From Balanoglossus misakiensis (lineage: Eukaryota; Animalia; Hemichordata), in assembly GCA_040954595.2 (NCBI GenBank), contig CM082588.2, positions 8,044,844 through 8,108,843 on the forward strand: a stretch of DNA of 64,000 nucleotides. The letters are read 5' to 3'. A program made the position numbers and the translations under genes. The notes under the pieces were generated by a model, which was not told where the DNA came from, made no database searches, and worked only from the letters and a program-made list of their open reading frames with translations. Positions 31,397 through 43,300 of the stretch are shown one piece after another; the stretch's first letter is position 1; each line of letters starts with the position of its first letter.

Positions 31397-31702
31397 TTAC
31401 TTTCCCTTTCCTTTGCCAGTGTCTTCGCTGTCCTCCTCGTCGGAAAAGACAAGATAGAACGGCTCATCATTCCCTTCCGTATAAACTCCGGAATCCTGGT
31501 TGCTCGCACCCTCGTCAGCGCTGGTGTCCGACTCGGAATCATATCCGCGAATGGACGGCAGGACTTGAAAGTTTGAGAAGGCATAAATGCCAGTACTGGT
31601 ACTCGGTTGGCTGTCCAGCCGCTCGTAAAAGTCTTGGTCAGTAACCATGGGTACGCCAGGTGCAACCAGGCAGAGGATGATCGTTAGCGATACAAAAATC
31701 AT
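31397..31702 (-). CDS. Orphan array copy A: putative secreted acidic precursor (101 aa; C-terminus replaced by kinase remnant)
   Basis: MIFVSLTIILCLVAPGVPM..DFYERLDSQPSTSTGIY..LPSIRGYDSESD..DSGVYTEG..FSDEEDSEDTGKGKGK; homologous to copies B-D. Confidence 0.5.
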   Translation of the reverse strand: MIFVSLTIILCLVAPGVPMVTDQDFYERLDSQPSTSTGIYAFSNFQVLPSIRGYDSESDTSADEGASNQDSGVYTEGNDEPFYLVFSDEEDSEDTGKGKGK

Positions 31703-31877
31703 GGTGATGTTGTAGGGAAGGGTTGTTACGCTCCGCTGAAACTATATTGCCAAAAATTATAATCCTTATCCGTTCTTCTAAGAACTTATCTGTGTACTTT
31801 TCGAAATGAAATGATAAAATATGGGTAAAAATGTCAGCGGTCCGGTCACGTGGAGTCATCACTAGCCATGTAGATAT

Positions 31878-32231
31878 TTAATGTGGACCCACTTGAACGC
31901 TCCTTCTTCCAAACTTCTTCAAAATCCAACGAAGAAGACGCCGTCCGCAGAACGGTACACAGCCGGTTAGTGTTTCTTCCTCGTCCGGGTTCGGGGACTC
32001 TTCGGTCTTTTTCTCGGGGGCGACGTCCGACAATTTCTTCCCCTTTCCCTTTCCTCGTCTCTTTTTCTCGTCCTCGTCCTCTTCCTCGGAGAACAAAAAG
32101 TACGTAGTGTCGCCACTTTCGGTGAACACACCGGAATCATCGTTTTTCGGATTCTCCGCATTGTCGTCGTCGCTGTCTGACTCCGAGTCAAACTTCCGGA
32201 TCGGCGGATGGACGTGAAAGTTTTGAAATCT
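31878..32231 (-). pseudogene. Orphan array copy B, 5'-truncated
   Basis: Open frame FQNFHVHPPIRKFDSESD...GCVPFCGRRLLRWILKKFGRRSVQVGPH*; N-terminus replaced by unrelated sequence from 32232. Confidence 0.65.
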
Positions 32232-32447
32232 CCATTGGGTTTTTCACCACATATGTCTATAATTGATCTCCAGTTTGGTGAGGTGTTTTTGCTAAGGTTG
32301 GGGAACATTGGTAATATATTTGGGAACCCCGGTAACATTTCTACATCCCCCTAATATAACTACATTGATACACCCAGGGGAACCCCGGTAAAATGACTGG
32401 GGAACTCCGGTAGATTTTACCTAGGTACCGCCCTTAACAAAAACACA
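32232..32447. mobile_element. Possible hAT-type terminus with subterminal repeats
   Basis: GGGAAC(C/T)CCGGTA repeated three times, ending GGTACCGCCCTTAACAAAAACACAG (CAGTGTTTTT-like TIR reversed, one mismatch). Confidence 0.35.
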
Positions 32448-32849
32448 GACAGTGGAGCAGCAATATATAATATTGTTCTTCAGTATTCTTAGTTAAGTGG
32501 CCAGGTACCTTTACCATATTTACATTCCAAGCAATCACAGGAACTTTTCCACTTTTACAAATAAACTCATACGAAGATGAATTATTTTGATTTCCCCGGG
32601 CCAAATACTTGTCCAAGGAAGTTTTTACATGTATTGTGGTAGTTGAACCTGTACGTTCTAGAATCCTTGATCCTGACATGCTTATGCATAGAAAACTTAT
32701 GGCTACATCTATATACAATGGTAAAGTAGAAAGTTCGTATGTTGCTTCCACTATCTTCCAAACAGTCCAATCGCCTAATGATGATTCGCCTAAAATGGTT
32801 ATAGTTGATTTTCACTGTCCTTGTAGACATTTCATTTGGACGCATTTTT

Positions 32850-33247
32850 CGCACGCTCCTCCTCTCAAGCATTTTCAAAAACTACCGGACAAAACGCTGT
32901 CCGCAGAACGGTAGGCAACCGGTTGGTTTTTCTCCCTCATCGTCGACTTCTTTCTCTTTTCTTTTCCCCTTCTCCCTTTCTCGTCCCCCCCCCTCCTCCG
33001 AGAACAAAAAGTAAGGAGCCTCGCCACTCTCGGTGAAATAACCTTAGTCGTCGTTGTTCGTCTCCTCGTCGCTTTCTGACTCCGAGTCGAACTTTCGGAT
33101 GGGAGGAAGTACGTGGTGGTTCGGGAAGCCATAAATCCCTGTACTGGTACTTGGTTGGCTATCCAACCACTCGTAATAATCACTATCACCCATTGGCACA
33201 CCAGGCACCATCAATGCCAAGACAATGGTTAAACACACACAAAACAT
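32850..33247 (-). pseudogene. Orphan array copy C (premature stops and frameshift)
   Basis: MFCVCLTIVLALMVPGVPMGDSDYYEWLDSQPSTSTGIYGFPNHHVLPPIRKFDSESESDEETNNDD* then GYFTESG..., poly-G frameshift, GCLPFCGQRFVR*FLKMLERRSVR. Confidence 0.7.
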
Positions 33248-33340
33248 GGTCAGGTTATATGTTGGACTGTTAGGTAAAGTATTCCGTATATATAGGTGAA
33301 AAGGCAGCTGTCCGGTCACATGGAGTCATCAACACTGTTC
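33248..33340 (-). promoter_or_regulatory. Repeated intergenic module (TGACTC + CAYGTGAC + TATA-like) between array ORFs
   Basis: Minus strand GATGACTCCATGTGACCGGAC...CTATATATA ~45 bp before the ATG of copy C; GATGACTCCACGTGACCGGAC also at 31840-31860 before copy A. Confidence 0.4.
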
Positions 33341-33787
33341 TTAATGTGGACCCACTCGAACGCTCCTTCTTCCAAACTTCTTCAAAATCCAACGAAGAAG
33401 ACGCCGTTCGCAGAACGGTACACAGCCGGTTGGTGTTTCTTCCTCGTCCGGGTTCGGGGACTCTTCGGTATTTTTCTCGAGGGCGACGTCCGCCGATTTC
33501 TTCCCCTTTCCCTTTCCTCGTCTCTTTTTGTGGACGTCCTCCTCCTCCTCCGAAAACAAAAAGTACGAAATGTCGCCACTCTCGGTAAAAACGCCAGAGT
33601 CGTCGTTGTTCGGCTCCTCTTCACTTTCGGACTCCGAGTCGAACTTTCGGATCGGAGGCAGGACATGGTAATTCGGGAATCCATAAATCCCGGTACTCGT
33701 ACTCGGTTGGCTTTCCAACCACTCATAGTAATCGCTTTCACCCATTGGCACGCCAGGCACCATCAATGTCAAGGACACACAAATCAT
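33341..33787 (-). CDS. Orphan array copy D: intact 148-aa putative secreted precursor
   Basis: MICVSLTLMVPGVPMGESDYYEWLESQPSTSTG...FDSESESEEE...FSEEEEDVHKKRRGKGKGKK...GCVPFCERRLLRWILKKFGRRSVRVGPH*, intronless. Confidence 0.6.
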   Translation of the reverse strand: MICVSLTLMVPGVPMGESDYYEWLESQPSTSTGIYGFPNYHVLPPIRKFDSESESEEEPNNDDSGVFTESGDISYFLFSEEEEDVHKKRRGKGKGKKSADVALEKNTEESPNPDEEETPTGCVPFCERRLLRWILKKFGRRSVRVGPH

Positions 33788-33879
33788 AGTCAAGTTGTAT
33801 GTTAGGCTTCTGTGACGTTGTTTTAGCTTCAGCCATTTCTCTATTCCTTCCGTTGCTTCTTTGGGCGGGTGTTTGCGCC

Positions 33880-34585
33880 AACAATCGACGTGCACTCATT
33901 CAGTCTTTGCAAAGTCAACACAGACGGAAATAAACGAGAGGGCATCTCCTCTTTCATAAGCCAACATGCACTACGCAATTGTGCGACTAAGCTATCCCCG
34001 CTTGCTTTATTGGCATTGCTTACCACGGCCACGAAATTCCGTTTTCATGTCAAGTTCTTTCACTGTATCAGAGTGGTCTTTACTTTCGCTGTGCTTGATA
34101 AGAGTCGACCGTCTGTAGTTGTCTAGTCTAGAATCTATCCGTTCGTAGTCGCATTCACCCTACTACCGTCTAGGACCGCAGAACCAAAATCTTGTAAGGC
34201 CATAAAAATGGTAATTTGAATGTGAATAGTCTCCAACTGAGCAGTCTGACGTCAGAGAAGTCAATCACTTACGTTGACCGACTACTGATTGGCCGTGAGG
34301 TGATGACGTTGAATGTTAATTATGTTTACAATGTAGCTCCGCCCCGAATGATACATAATCATGATCACGTGGTGACGCTTGACGTCAGATTGCTCAGTTG
34401 GAGACTATTCACATTCAAATTACCATTTTTATGGCCTTACTAGATTTTGGTTCTGCGGTCCTAGACGGTAGTAGGGTGAATGCGACTACGAATGGATAGA
34501 TTCTAGACTAGTAGTTGTCATAACCGACAGTCAAAATACAATTTCAGGCCACGGATACAAATCCTACATAACATCTTTCGGGGTT
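33880..34585 (-). pseudogene. hAT transposase N-terminal remnant (TTF-type zinc finger, ZNF862-like), interrupted by a MITE
   Basis: MLCRIC..., then TVGYDNY|RRSTLIKHSESKDH (frame restored by removing the MITE plus one TSD), then QLRSACWLMKEEMPSRLFPSVLTLQRLN. Confidence 0.65.
34124..34510. mobile_element. MITE, ~130-bp TIRs, TAG...CTA termini, perfect 9-bp TSD GTAGTTGTC (AcademH- or MULE-like)
   Basis: TAGTCTAGAATCTATCC...GGATAGATTCTAGACTA; TSD at 34115-34123 and 34511-34519. Confidence 0.92.
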
Positions 34586-35668
34586 GGCTGTTGATGCATC
34601 GCTCAATGTGAGCAGTCAAATTGCCGTTCCCGGTCTCTCTGATAGTTTTTCGTGCGGATCTTTTGTTTGCTTTCTCAAGTACTTTCATCGGGCTTTGCTG
34701 TCTTGCTTGGCGTATTTCAGTGGCGTACGTTTTGTACTTGGTCCCATAGTTTCGATACGTGTGTTGAGAGGTCCATTGTCATCGAGGAGACCAAAGTGTT
34801 TCAGTAACAGTGGGCTGAATATTGAGTATGGATGTATTTTAGTAATGTTATGTATATGCATCTACAGCCAATGAAGTGTTTAATATTAGTTATGCAAATT
34901 GAACCTATTTACTCACTCACTGGCATTTTTCTGCAGCTTTGTTCATGTGAAATGTACAGACAGCACAGCTCTGTCAAGATACCACGCTTTGGACTGACTT
35001 AAATCCCTTACTATTGTGTAATTTATTTTCAAACCAGAGATTGTATAACTACATTAATATGTCCATATTTCTTTACTGCCAACCAATAAATCCTGATTTT
35101 TCTTTTTCTTTTTGCAAATACTAAACAATTGAAAAGAAAATCAAGAAATAGAAGATTGCTTGTCAGATATATCAACTCAACAAAAAGTAACTTGAATTGG
35201 AACTATTTGATTTTCTAAAAAAAAAAAAAACAGGTTGAAATTTAACAATACAGAAATTGGTCACTTCCCATTTAAAATTTACCACAATTTTAAAGATCCA
35301 ATCACAGGAAACAGAATGTTGGAAATGACAACAAGAAAACTATAATGTATACCATGAATTTTCGCGAACAATAAATTCAAGCAGACGTCGCAAATGCAAA
35401 AAAAATGCCAAAATAAATAGTCGTGAAAGAACAATGTGCAAAATGCATTTTTTTGCAGATAAGAGAACACGAAAATTAATCGTCACGAAATAGTTGCCTC
35501 TGTTGATATCGCGAAAAATTCTCGTTTTTCAGTATTTTACACTGTGAACAACAACCTGTGATGTGGTTTCTCTTGAACAACATTGGAAACCATGTACTCT
35601 GCTTTTCCACATCTCAAGGTATGCATGTATATTATGGTTGCCACAAATTAATGATCCATTTGTCAATT

Positions 35669-35874
35669 TACTGTAAAACACTTTATTTTCGCAAGCAGTA
35701 CATTTTTGCAAAATACGCAAGAGCCAAAATAGCGTGAAAATAAAAAGGTGCGTATTTTTTTTATAAAAATAACGATGCAGTGAATGAAATACGAGAACGC
35801 GAAAATTAATACTTGTGAAACAGTGGCCTCTCTCGATATCGCAAAAATTTCAACTCGCGAAGTGTTTAACAGTA
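35669..35874. mobile_element. TACTGTAA...TTACAGTA-type MITE; relatives ~38099-38284, 43963-44166, ~35350-35535
   Basis: Terminal TACTGTAAAAC...GTTTAACAGTA with internal CGCGAAAAT repeats shared between copies. Confidence 0.65.
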
Positions 35875-37392
35875 TTCTATTTGTATGTTTCCTGGTCACT
35901 GTTATAATAAGCCGATACCAGCCCCTTGGCAAGCATGTTTATATGAAATATCTCCTATTTACACCTAAAAACTTAACAAAAATGAAATCAGTATCCGAAT
36001 ATAATACAATCCAAAAAAATCAGGCAACTCAAGTACTGTTTGTTTTATATGTATACGTACTCTACAAAATCAAAGAATAAACGCATGTTATTTAACTATA
36101 ACTTATGAAAACTAGAGAACATGTCTGTAACTTGTCACTGCAAACTAAAATATCATCTAAACACTCTTGTGTTTAATTCTCTTATGGAGAATTCACTATA
36201 ATCTAACATATTTGCCAGACAAAACCCAGGTGGCACTAATATGCAAATGATTTGCAATGCAGAGTTGTATGTGTTCTTGTTTCTATAATATACAACTCAC
36301 TTAAATCTTTCAGCCTTAAAAGTAAATCAAAATTTTTAACAACTTGCAGTTTTTTTTACTCCCTGGATTTCCAGCTGTTTTCAGAAATGATTGGTAACAT
36401 AGAGAAGTATGTCAAAATAGACTTTCAGGACCATAACCCAATTTCATGGCCAAGATGCGACCCTTACAGGTATATGGTCACCTCCAATTCACATACGCCC
36501 ATATATGGCTGAAATGGCGTATCTGAGTGTTCTAAAGAACACATGATGGCGCTCTTTTTTTCGCGTGTGCCACCCACTTAAAATCTGTGATTGGCTAGAT
36601 CTCAATTTGCCATGGTAACTGTAGCTAAATTTTCATAGGTGACCGTATACCTTTAAATCCTCGCATTTTATTGGTATCAGTTTACCATAATACATTTCAG
36701 AACGGCCTATGGTCCCTGTATAATCCCCACATGACAGTCTGAGATGCAAGAGTATACCATTGCAGGGAAAGACAAATTACTATTGGAAGCTTTTTGCTAC
36801 ATAGAAGTCCGAAGTTCGAAGGCACACAATTTTGCCTAAAAGGGCACAAATTTCAATCCCTGATTATGTAGAAGTCTAAATTCTTGAAGCCACATATTTA
36901 CAGAATGAGGATTGTATTTTGATAACCAGAAAAGTCACGCACTTAGCTCAGACAACCCTTCCCATATAAGGATGCACGATCAGAATAATTGAAAATATCG
37001 TCATTTCTTTTAATTGTTGATTTTTGGTTTCTCATTTGTACGTGTAATGAAAATCCGTAATAAACTATAGGGGTCACCGTTCTTGTTTTCGAAATACAAG
37101 GCTGTGAATTTAGTCGTTAATTGAAGAAAACTGCAATGGGCAAAATATTTTGTGAAGTTTATCTCAAAATAGAGCACGGTGACCATATGATTTTATTTGA
37201 CCGACGATTTTTTTTTATTTGACTGAGCTATGACCAATGAATGTATTTATATTTGACTGAGCTATGCGTAAATTTTCATGAAAATGACAATAGTAGAAGG
37301 GAGTTTTCTAGCTATTCTGAATGTGTGCTGTTTTCCAGTTGATGATCTGCGCGTACATCCTTAAGTAGACATTGCGTATTCCTTCAGAGCTC

Positions 37393-40300
37393 TCACTCTT
37401 GGACTTCATAGGAAAATGCTCCCTGACGTTTCCATATGAAGAATCCTATTCCCAGTCCAACAACAGCTCCAATCAACAACATCGCAATCGCTATGCCAGC
37501 CATGCTACCTGCAAGTGAAAGAAAACATTTGTTCAGCTCATTCTGGCAATAGACCGTGGTCCAAGAGTGAATTTCAACAAAAAAAGGTAATATGGTAATA
37601 TTCAAACCAAGTTTGGTGGAAATCAAAGCAAGGGGGCTCCAAGGTGAAGGTTTTACCCTAGCTTATAATTATACCAGGGTAATCTGCTCAGAGACATTCA
37701 AAATTCTTACAGACTTTCCAAGAACCAAACAATTGTTTCAGTTTTCTATGGTGTCTGCTTTAAACAGATTTTAATTGCACAAGACGACGTACCAGATGAA
37801 TATCCTTTGTTGACCACAACATGGGGTCCTGGCTCTGGTGGTTTAGGGTTATCTCCGTCCTCCACAAGCGATTCAGATTTTACATTCAAGTGAGCTTCCT
37901 AAGAGAGTACACATATAAAAATCTTTTCAGTTAAGAACATTACTCTAGAAAATATGGAATGGTGGAAGATGCAAGTATAGTTTCTTTCAAGGTAGAGACT
38001 ACCTTTGTCGCAATTGTTAGATGCTCTAACTAAAAAAGAGGATAGGAACACCATGGTATACCATTGATATACAATATATATAAAAATCAAGATAATAATA
38101 CTGTAAAACGGGAAATTTTTGGAAACGATACATTGTCGCAAACTACACGAGAGCCAAAAAAACGCAAAAATATAAAGTCGCGTACAAATGTTTTTCAGAG
38201 ATAACAATGTAGTGAAATACGAAAATGTGAAAATTGTCACATAACTGTTGCTGCTATTGATCGCGAAAATTTCCCGTTTTACATATACATCTTGTGTAGC
38301 CTTTGAACATTAGTGTAGCCATAGAAACGGAACTGTACTAAACTCACTTTTCCTTGGTATGTGACTGTGACTGTCATTGTTCCACTATCAATGACCGTCT
38401 TGAGAGTATTATAAGCTTCAGTCAGATTGAGCTGTGGTTTCACATTGGTCACATCACCTGTTATGTTGGGTTTATCCAAGAGAGTAAACCACACCTTCAA
38501 TTTTCCATCTACTTCATCAGCCTACAAAAAAGACATCATTTAAATTGCAATTATGTAGAAATATTTTGGAATGTATTCCTGACACACTTAACCCTTTTAT
38601 CACCATGTATAGTTTGGTCCAAATCAATTGTCCATTTTAACTAATGAACGTTCAACCACACACAACTTCCATCAAGCTTGTATGATATGAGAATAAAATC
38701 TCGCCCAAATGAATAAATGGTAGAGACTGATTATTCATTTTGGCGAGTTTTTCACTCTTGTGTCTACAAGTGACATGGAAGGTGTGTGTGGTCGAATGTT
38801 GATTCACTATATAGCCACATGTAGAATAACATAAACGGTGTCTTGTATCAAACATAATTAATGGAAAAAGGGCAGCGAGAGAGAGACTTTGTCCCTTTAA
38901 ACAACTTACATAGACATCAACCACTCTGAGAGCAGACACTGTGGCCTGGGAGGCGATACTGTTCCTGACATCAACGTGAAACTGACGAGTGTTGTTCAAT
39001 ACATACATTTTGTACAGATCTGAAGTTTAATTAACAGAATAATGTAAGTTATCGATGACAAAACTTTTGTTTCAAAACAGGAAAGAAACATAGCGCCGAG
39101 GACACTGTGGTCCCATTTGGGATTACACTAGGTATACGCGTCATAGTTTATCGGATCTTGTCAGAAACTGAAGTTTACCGAAGAAACTTGAAGAAAAACA
39201 ATGTTCCCTGAAGATTGTTCGATAAAAATGCATGATTTTCTTGGATTTGGGATCGTTTTGTAAAATTTGCTGCACATGAACTTAGAAAAGACATCGATAC
39301 TGTCCGATATTCAGGGTGTAACAATGGTCAGAATTATGCAACTGTAAAGAATTTCTCTGAAACTATACCGTACATGAATGCTTTGGTCATATTCTGATTT
39401 CATACATTTATTTACATACATATTTCACAGTTTATACAGAAATTGGGATTGAATCTTACTTGGTCCGTTGAACAAGAAAGCCAGTGTTTTCCTCTCCTCG
39501 GAAGTGTAACATGTAGAGATATCAAAATGGCGGAGTGAACGATCTTCTTTAAAATGGTACATATTAAAGATGTCATGGGTCTTGTTGATTTTGCCATTAA
39601 ACTGCAAAGAGAGAAGAAAAAAATGTTACATCTGGATGTACGATCAGAAAATCTCATATGTATGTACAATGGAAATCCAAAATAAATCATAGGGGTCAAT
39701 GCGCTTGTTTTCGAAATACAAGGCTGCGAATTTAGTTTATAATTGAAGAAAACTGCCTAGTCAGCATTTTTTTACCAATGGTTTGTCGATGGGGAAAATA
39801 TTTAGCAAAGTTTATCTCAAAATAGAGTGCGAAGACCATAATATTTTAGTTGACCGATGAATTTATTTTTTATTTGACAGAGCTATGTTTCGCATGACGA
39901 TTGACAGCGACTAAAACAGTTAATATTTTGAACAAATATAAATCTCCAACCTCCCAAAAATCAACATTTTGTACCAACAATTCATCATAAAATTTTACAC
40001 TTACCATCCATGTAGCCCGGATTTCTAACCGTAGAGGGCGTCCTTTCTCCGATTTCATCTGTGCACCATCAGCAGACCAACTTGACTTGAATGAAGAATA
40101 GAAATGGATAATTAAAACATAGTGTCAAGGGCACTGTGGTCCCATTTTACGATTACACAGAAATAGGTATACACAAGAATAGAAAATCACAGGTAACATT
40201 GGCAAGCAGATATGCAACTGATCCCATAAGGTCCCATGATATACCAAATGGGACCAAAAAACAATAGCTAAAATTAATTATTTTTTATTTATTTTTTGAA

Positions 40301-43300
40301 TAGGAAAACGTGTCATTTGAACAAACTCCTATCTACAGCCCAGCCTGCATCTGCACAGTAAATATGAAGGTGATAAGCGCAGGGATTTTCAAGTTTTTTT
40401 ACCAAAATTCTACTCACATCAGCAAAGAAATATTCCCAGGTAGAGTTGACCTGGTAACCATTATTGACTGCATATTCCGGCCAATCAGTCCTCTCAGCTA
40501 TCCAGGCATGGCAGTCAATATCGCGTATCAACGCCTGAAATACAACAAAAACAGTTTGAGCTGCACACAAATTTTTGATGCCTGAAATAAACATACAGCT
40601 TACAATAATACAGATATCGTCAGCTGCTAATTTAGCATGCTGTAAAACGTGAAATGTTTGTGACAAGAATTTCCGTGATACCAAACCATCTGACCAACTC
40701 CCATAGAAGCTCCTGTTCAACCTCCCATTGCGACCAGGCCAATCAGATTGCACATTACGTCGATATACATTGAAGGATACCTATCGTTTTCTATAAGGCA
40801 CCTTCTGATTGGTTTACTGGGCCAGTAAAGCCAGAGATTTTGAACGGGAGCTTCTATTGGTCAGATGTAGTGTGAGGCGACAGCATAAGAATACTGTATC
40901 GCGAAGTAAATGACATCTTGGACCGGGTACATCTGATTTGAATCAGATTGAGATTGGCACTTACCATGCCTTCATAAGTCCAATTAACACCGGCTAAATG
41001 AAAGTAATTACTGACGTCTCTCATGGTCACATTTCCATCTGGCTGTTTCATGGCATCAAATGAATCTTTATAGATTTGACTCATTGAACAATTCCCTGTC
41101 ACTGGGTCCAACATATATTGAATACCTACAGACAAGAAACAGACAGAAAGATGGCACTTTATTTTACAATTTCTAAAAGACACCAGCAGACGCTTTTCGG
41201 AATGTTTGGAGTATCGGTATTTGTGGCCTGGGTGTCTAACTAGTCAACTCACTCATAAAGGTTGTGCGTGTCTCCGGCCGGGACAGATTTTCAGAAAAAA
41301 ACTTCAAACCTTGAAATTCTTTGCTGAAATATTGAACCCTTACACCCCACATCTCTGTATGCAATGGATACCATGAATTTGGAACAATCATATAGTGGTG
41401 AAAGGGTTGAACATGCATGGAGTCTAATTTTTTGAAAAACAAAAAGACAACAGTATGTCCACTGTCTTGTTTACATAAACTCTCTACTTTAATTTTTCTC
41501 TATACTGGTAGAGTTAAAGCCGAGGTTGGTGGCCATTTTGAATATGAATCAAATATGAGAAAATGTGTACTGACCTGTATTATAATCATGGATAAATTCC
41601 ACTGGATCCCAGTCAAATGGATTAAATGTGTAGTTCAAAACAGTCGTATCGTTGTTTGGTAGAAAATAAAATCGCACCAGTTTAGCAACATAATCATACT
41701 GTTCCTGTAGAAAGAAATGAACTGTATGTAGAAGCAATGAACATACACGTAGTGTGCTGAAATTTTTCTGTCAATGCTGGTGTTGTAATTGCTGTTTCAA
41801 GAAAGGGATTTAGATAGACTTGGAAATTTCAAGCAAATTGCTAAGAAGTCGTTATTCAAAGTATTGAAATGATAAAAAGATCTAGACAACTTTTGTTCTT
41901 TAAATCATTGTATATATTCTTGTCAAATTTACTTTCATTTATGTTGTGACAAAAACAATGCAAAAAAGCATTGTTATTGTTGACAAATAAATTCGATAGT
42001 GGACTTGACTTCACCTTTCAACAGTAGCAATGCTGATTTCTGCAAAGGGCTTTGTTGCAAAACCAAATACTGACACAGCAATTCTTTATGTTTTACAGAG
42101 TACCGTACATTAAGAAACCTGATTTGATACCAAAGAACAAAAATACTGCAAAAAAAGTCAAAATTTTGAGTAACTGTGGCTTTATAAGTCAAAATTAGTT
42201 ACTTACACGATTGAAATGCACCGTCTTCAAACGCTTATTGACACTTTCTACACTGACTGAGAACTGTTGTGGTAATGGTGGCATTGGACTGCTACTGTTA
42301 CGCCCAGGACAGACATAGCCAAGAAGTGGCTGGGAAATAAAAGGGGAAAAACACATTTTTTTATCAGCAAGAATACATGTACAATTAGCTTATTATCTAT
42401 CATTCAGATCATGACCATTACACTACACGTATTCGCGTAAGACGATTGTCGCCTTTAAAGAGAAGCAGTCGTCGCGCCGCGTTTGTTTGTTAATAAACAT
42501 CACAATTCATCCGCAAATCCCTGAAACTAGATAATTCTTAGAATGAACGAAGCAGCCAACCGTAACGTAGACTGGGCATGACAGCAACTGAAGATCCTAG
42601 TAGGTCGTGGAGACTGCAGTGAGGTTTGTGCTGGTATTGGAGGACATATTCTCATCAAGGGGGACACCCACGCTGTGCTACGACCGCTTCCCTTTCAGCT
42701 ATTACCTACAAGTACCATCCTTGTACTGGTACAAGTGAACTTCCGTTGGTATTCATCATTTCAGACTAGGCACATGTAAACTGTTTTTTTTTTCAGTACT
42801 GCATAAATCATTTACTAAAGAATACAAGTACCGACAGAGAGGTTCTGTTGAGGTCTATAGACAACATGATGGATTCATACCAACAGAAGTCTCTAAGGTC
42901 ATGAAGATGTCATATAGAGGGTTTATCTCCTACCTGATATGCAAATTCATCTAGAGCTGGTCCGGAACGGAATGAAAAAAAGTCATAGACATGGTAGAAT
43001 GTATGGAAGGCATCGGGTATCAGAACAAAATCTCCATCCGAAAAAGTTACATTTTGAGCTAAAATGATGAGAAATTAGAAAAAAAAAACTGTGTGTAAGA
43101 ATAGAAACTCATTGTCTCAGAACATCAAGTCCAGCCAATTTCTACATGCATTTCAATGACAGTTGTCAATAAAAAAGCAATAGCACTTACAGTATAACTG
43201 TTGATTTATGTAATTAGCAAGTATTGTACAAAAAGTTTATTTCTGTACAGCTTTTGTGGTTATTCAATAATAAGGATATACATATATATTCTTGTTACCC

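Noticed and set aside
32434-32914. Three overlapping ~100-aa ORFs between copies B and C
   Set aside because: No recognisable motif and no paralogue in the window to identify a real frame.
33296-33805. Plus-strand and alternative-frame ORFs over the array (also 31250-31576, 31883-32107, 33382-33741)
   Set aside because: Shadows of GC-rich minus-strand ORFs; motif conservation across copies follows the minus frame.
33788-33895. 184-aa N-terminal extension of copy D
   Set aside because: Starts at a non-ATG codon inside the hAT remnant; paralogues start at the equivalent of 33787.
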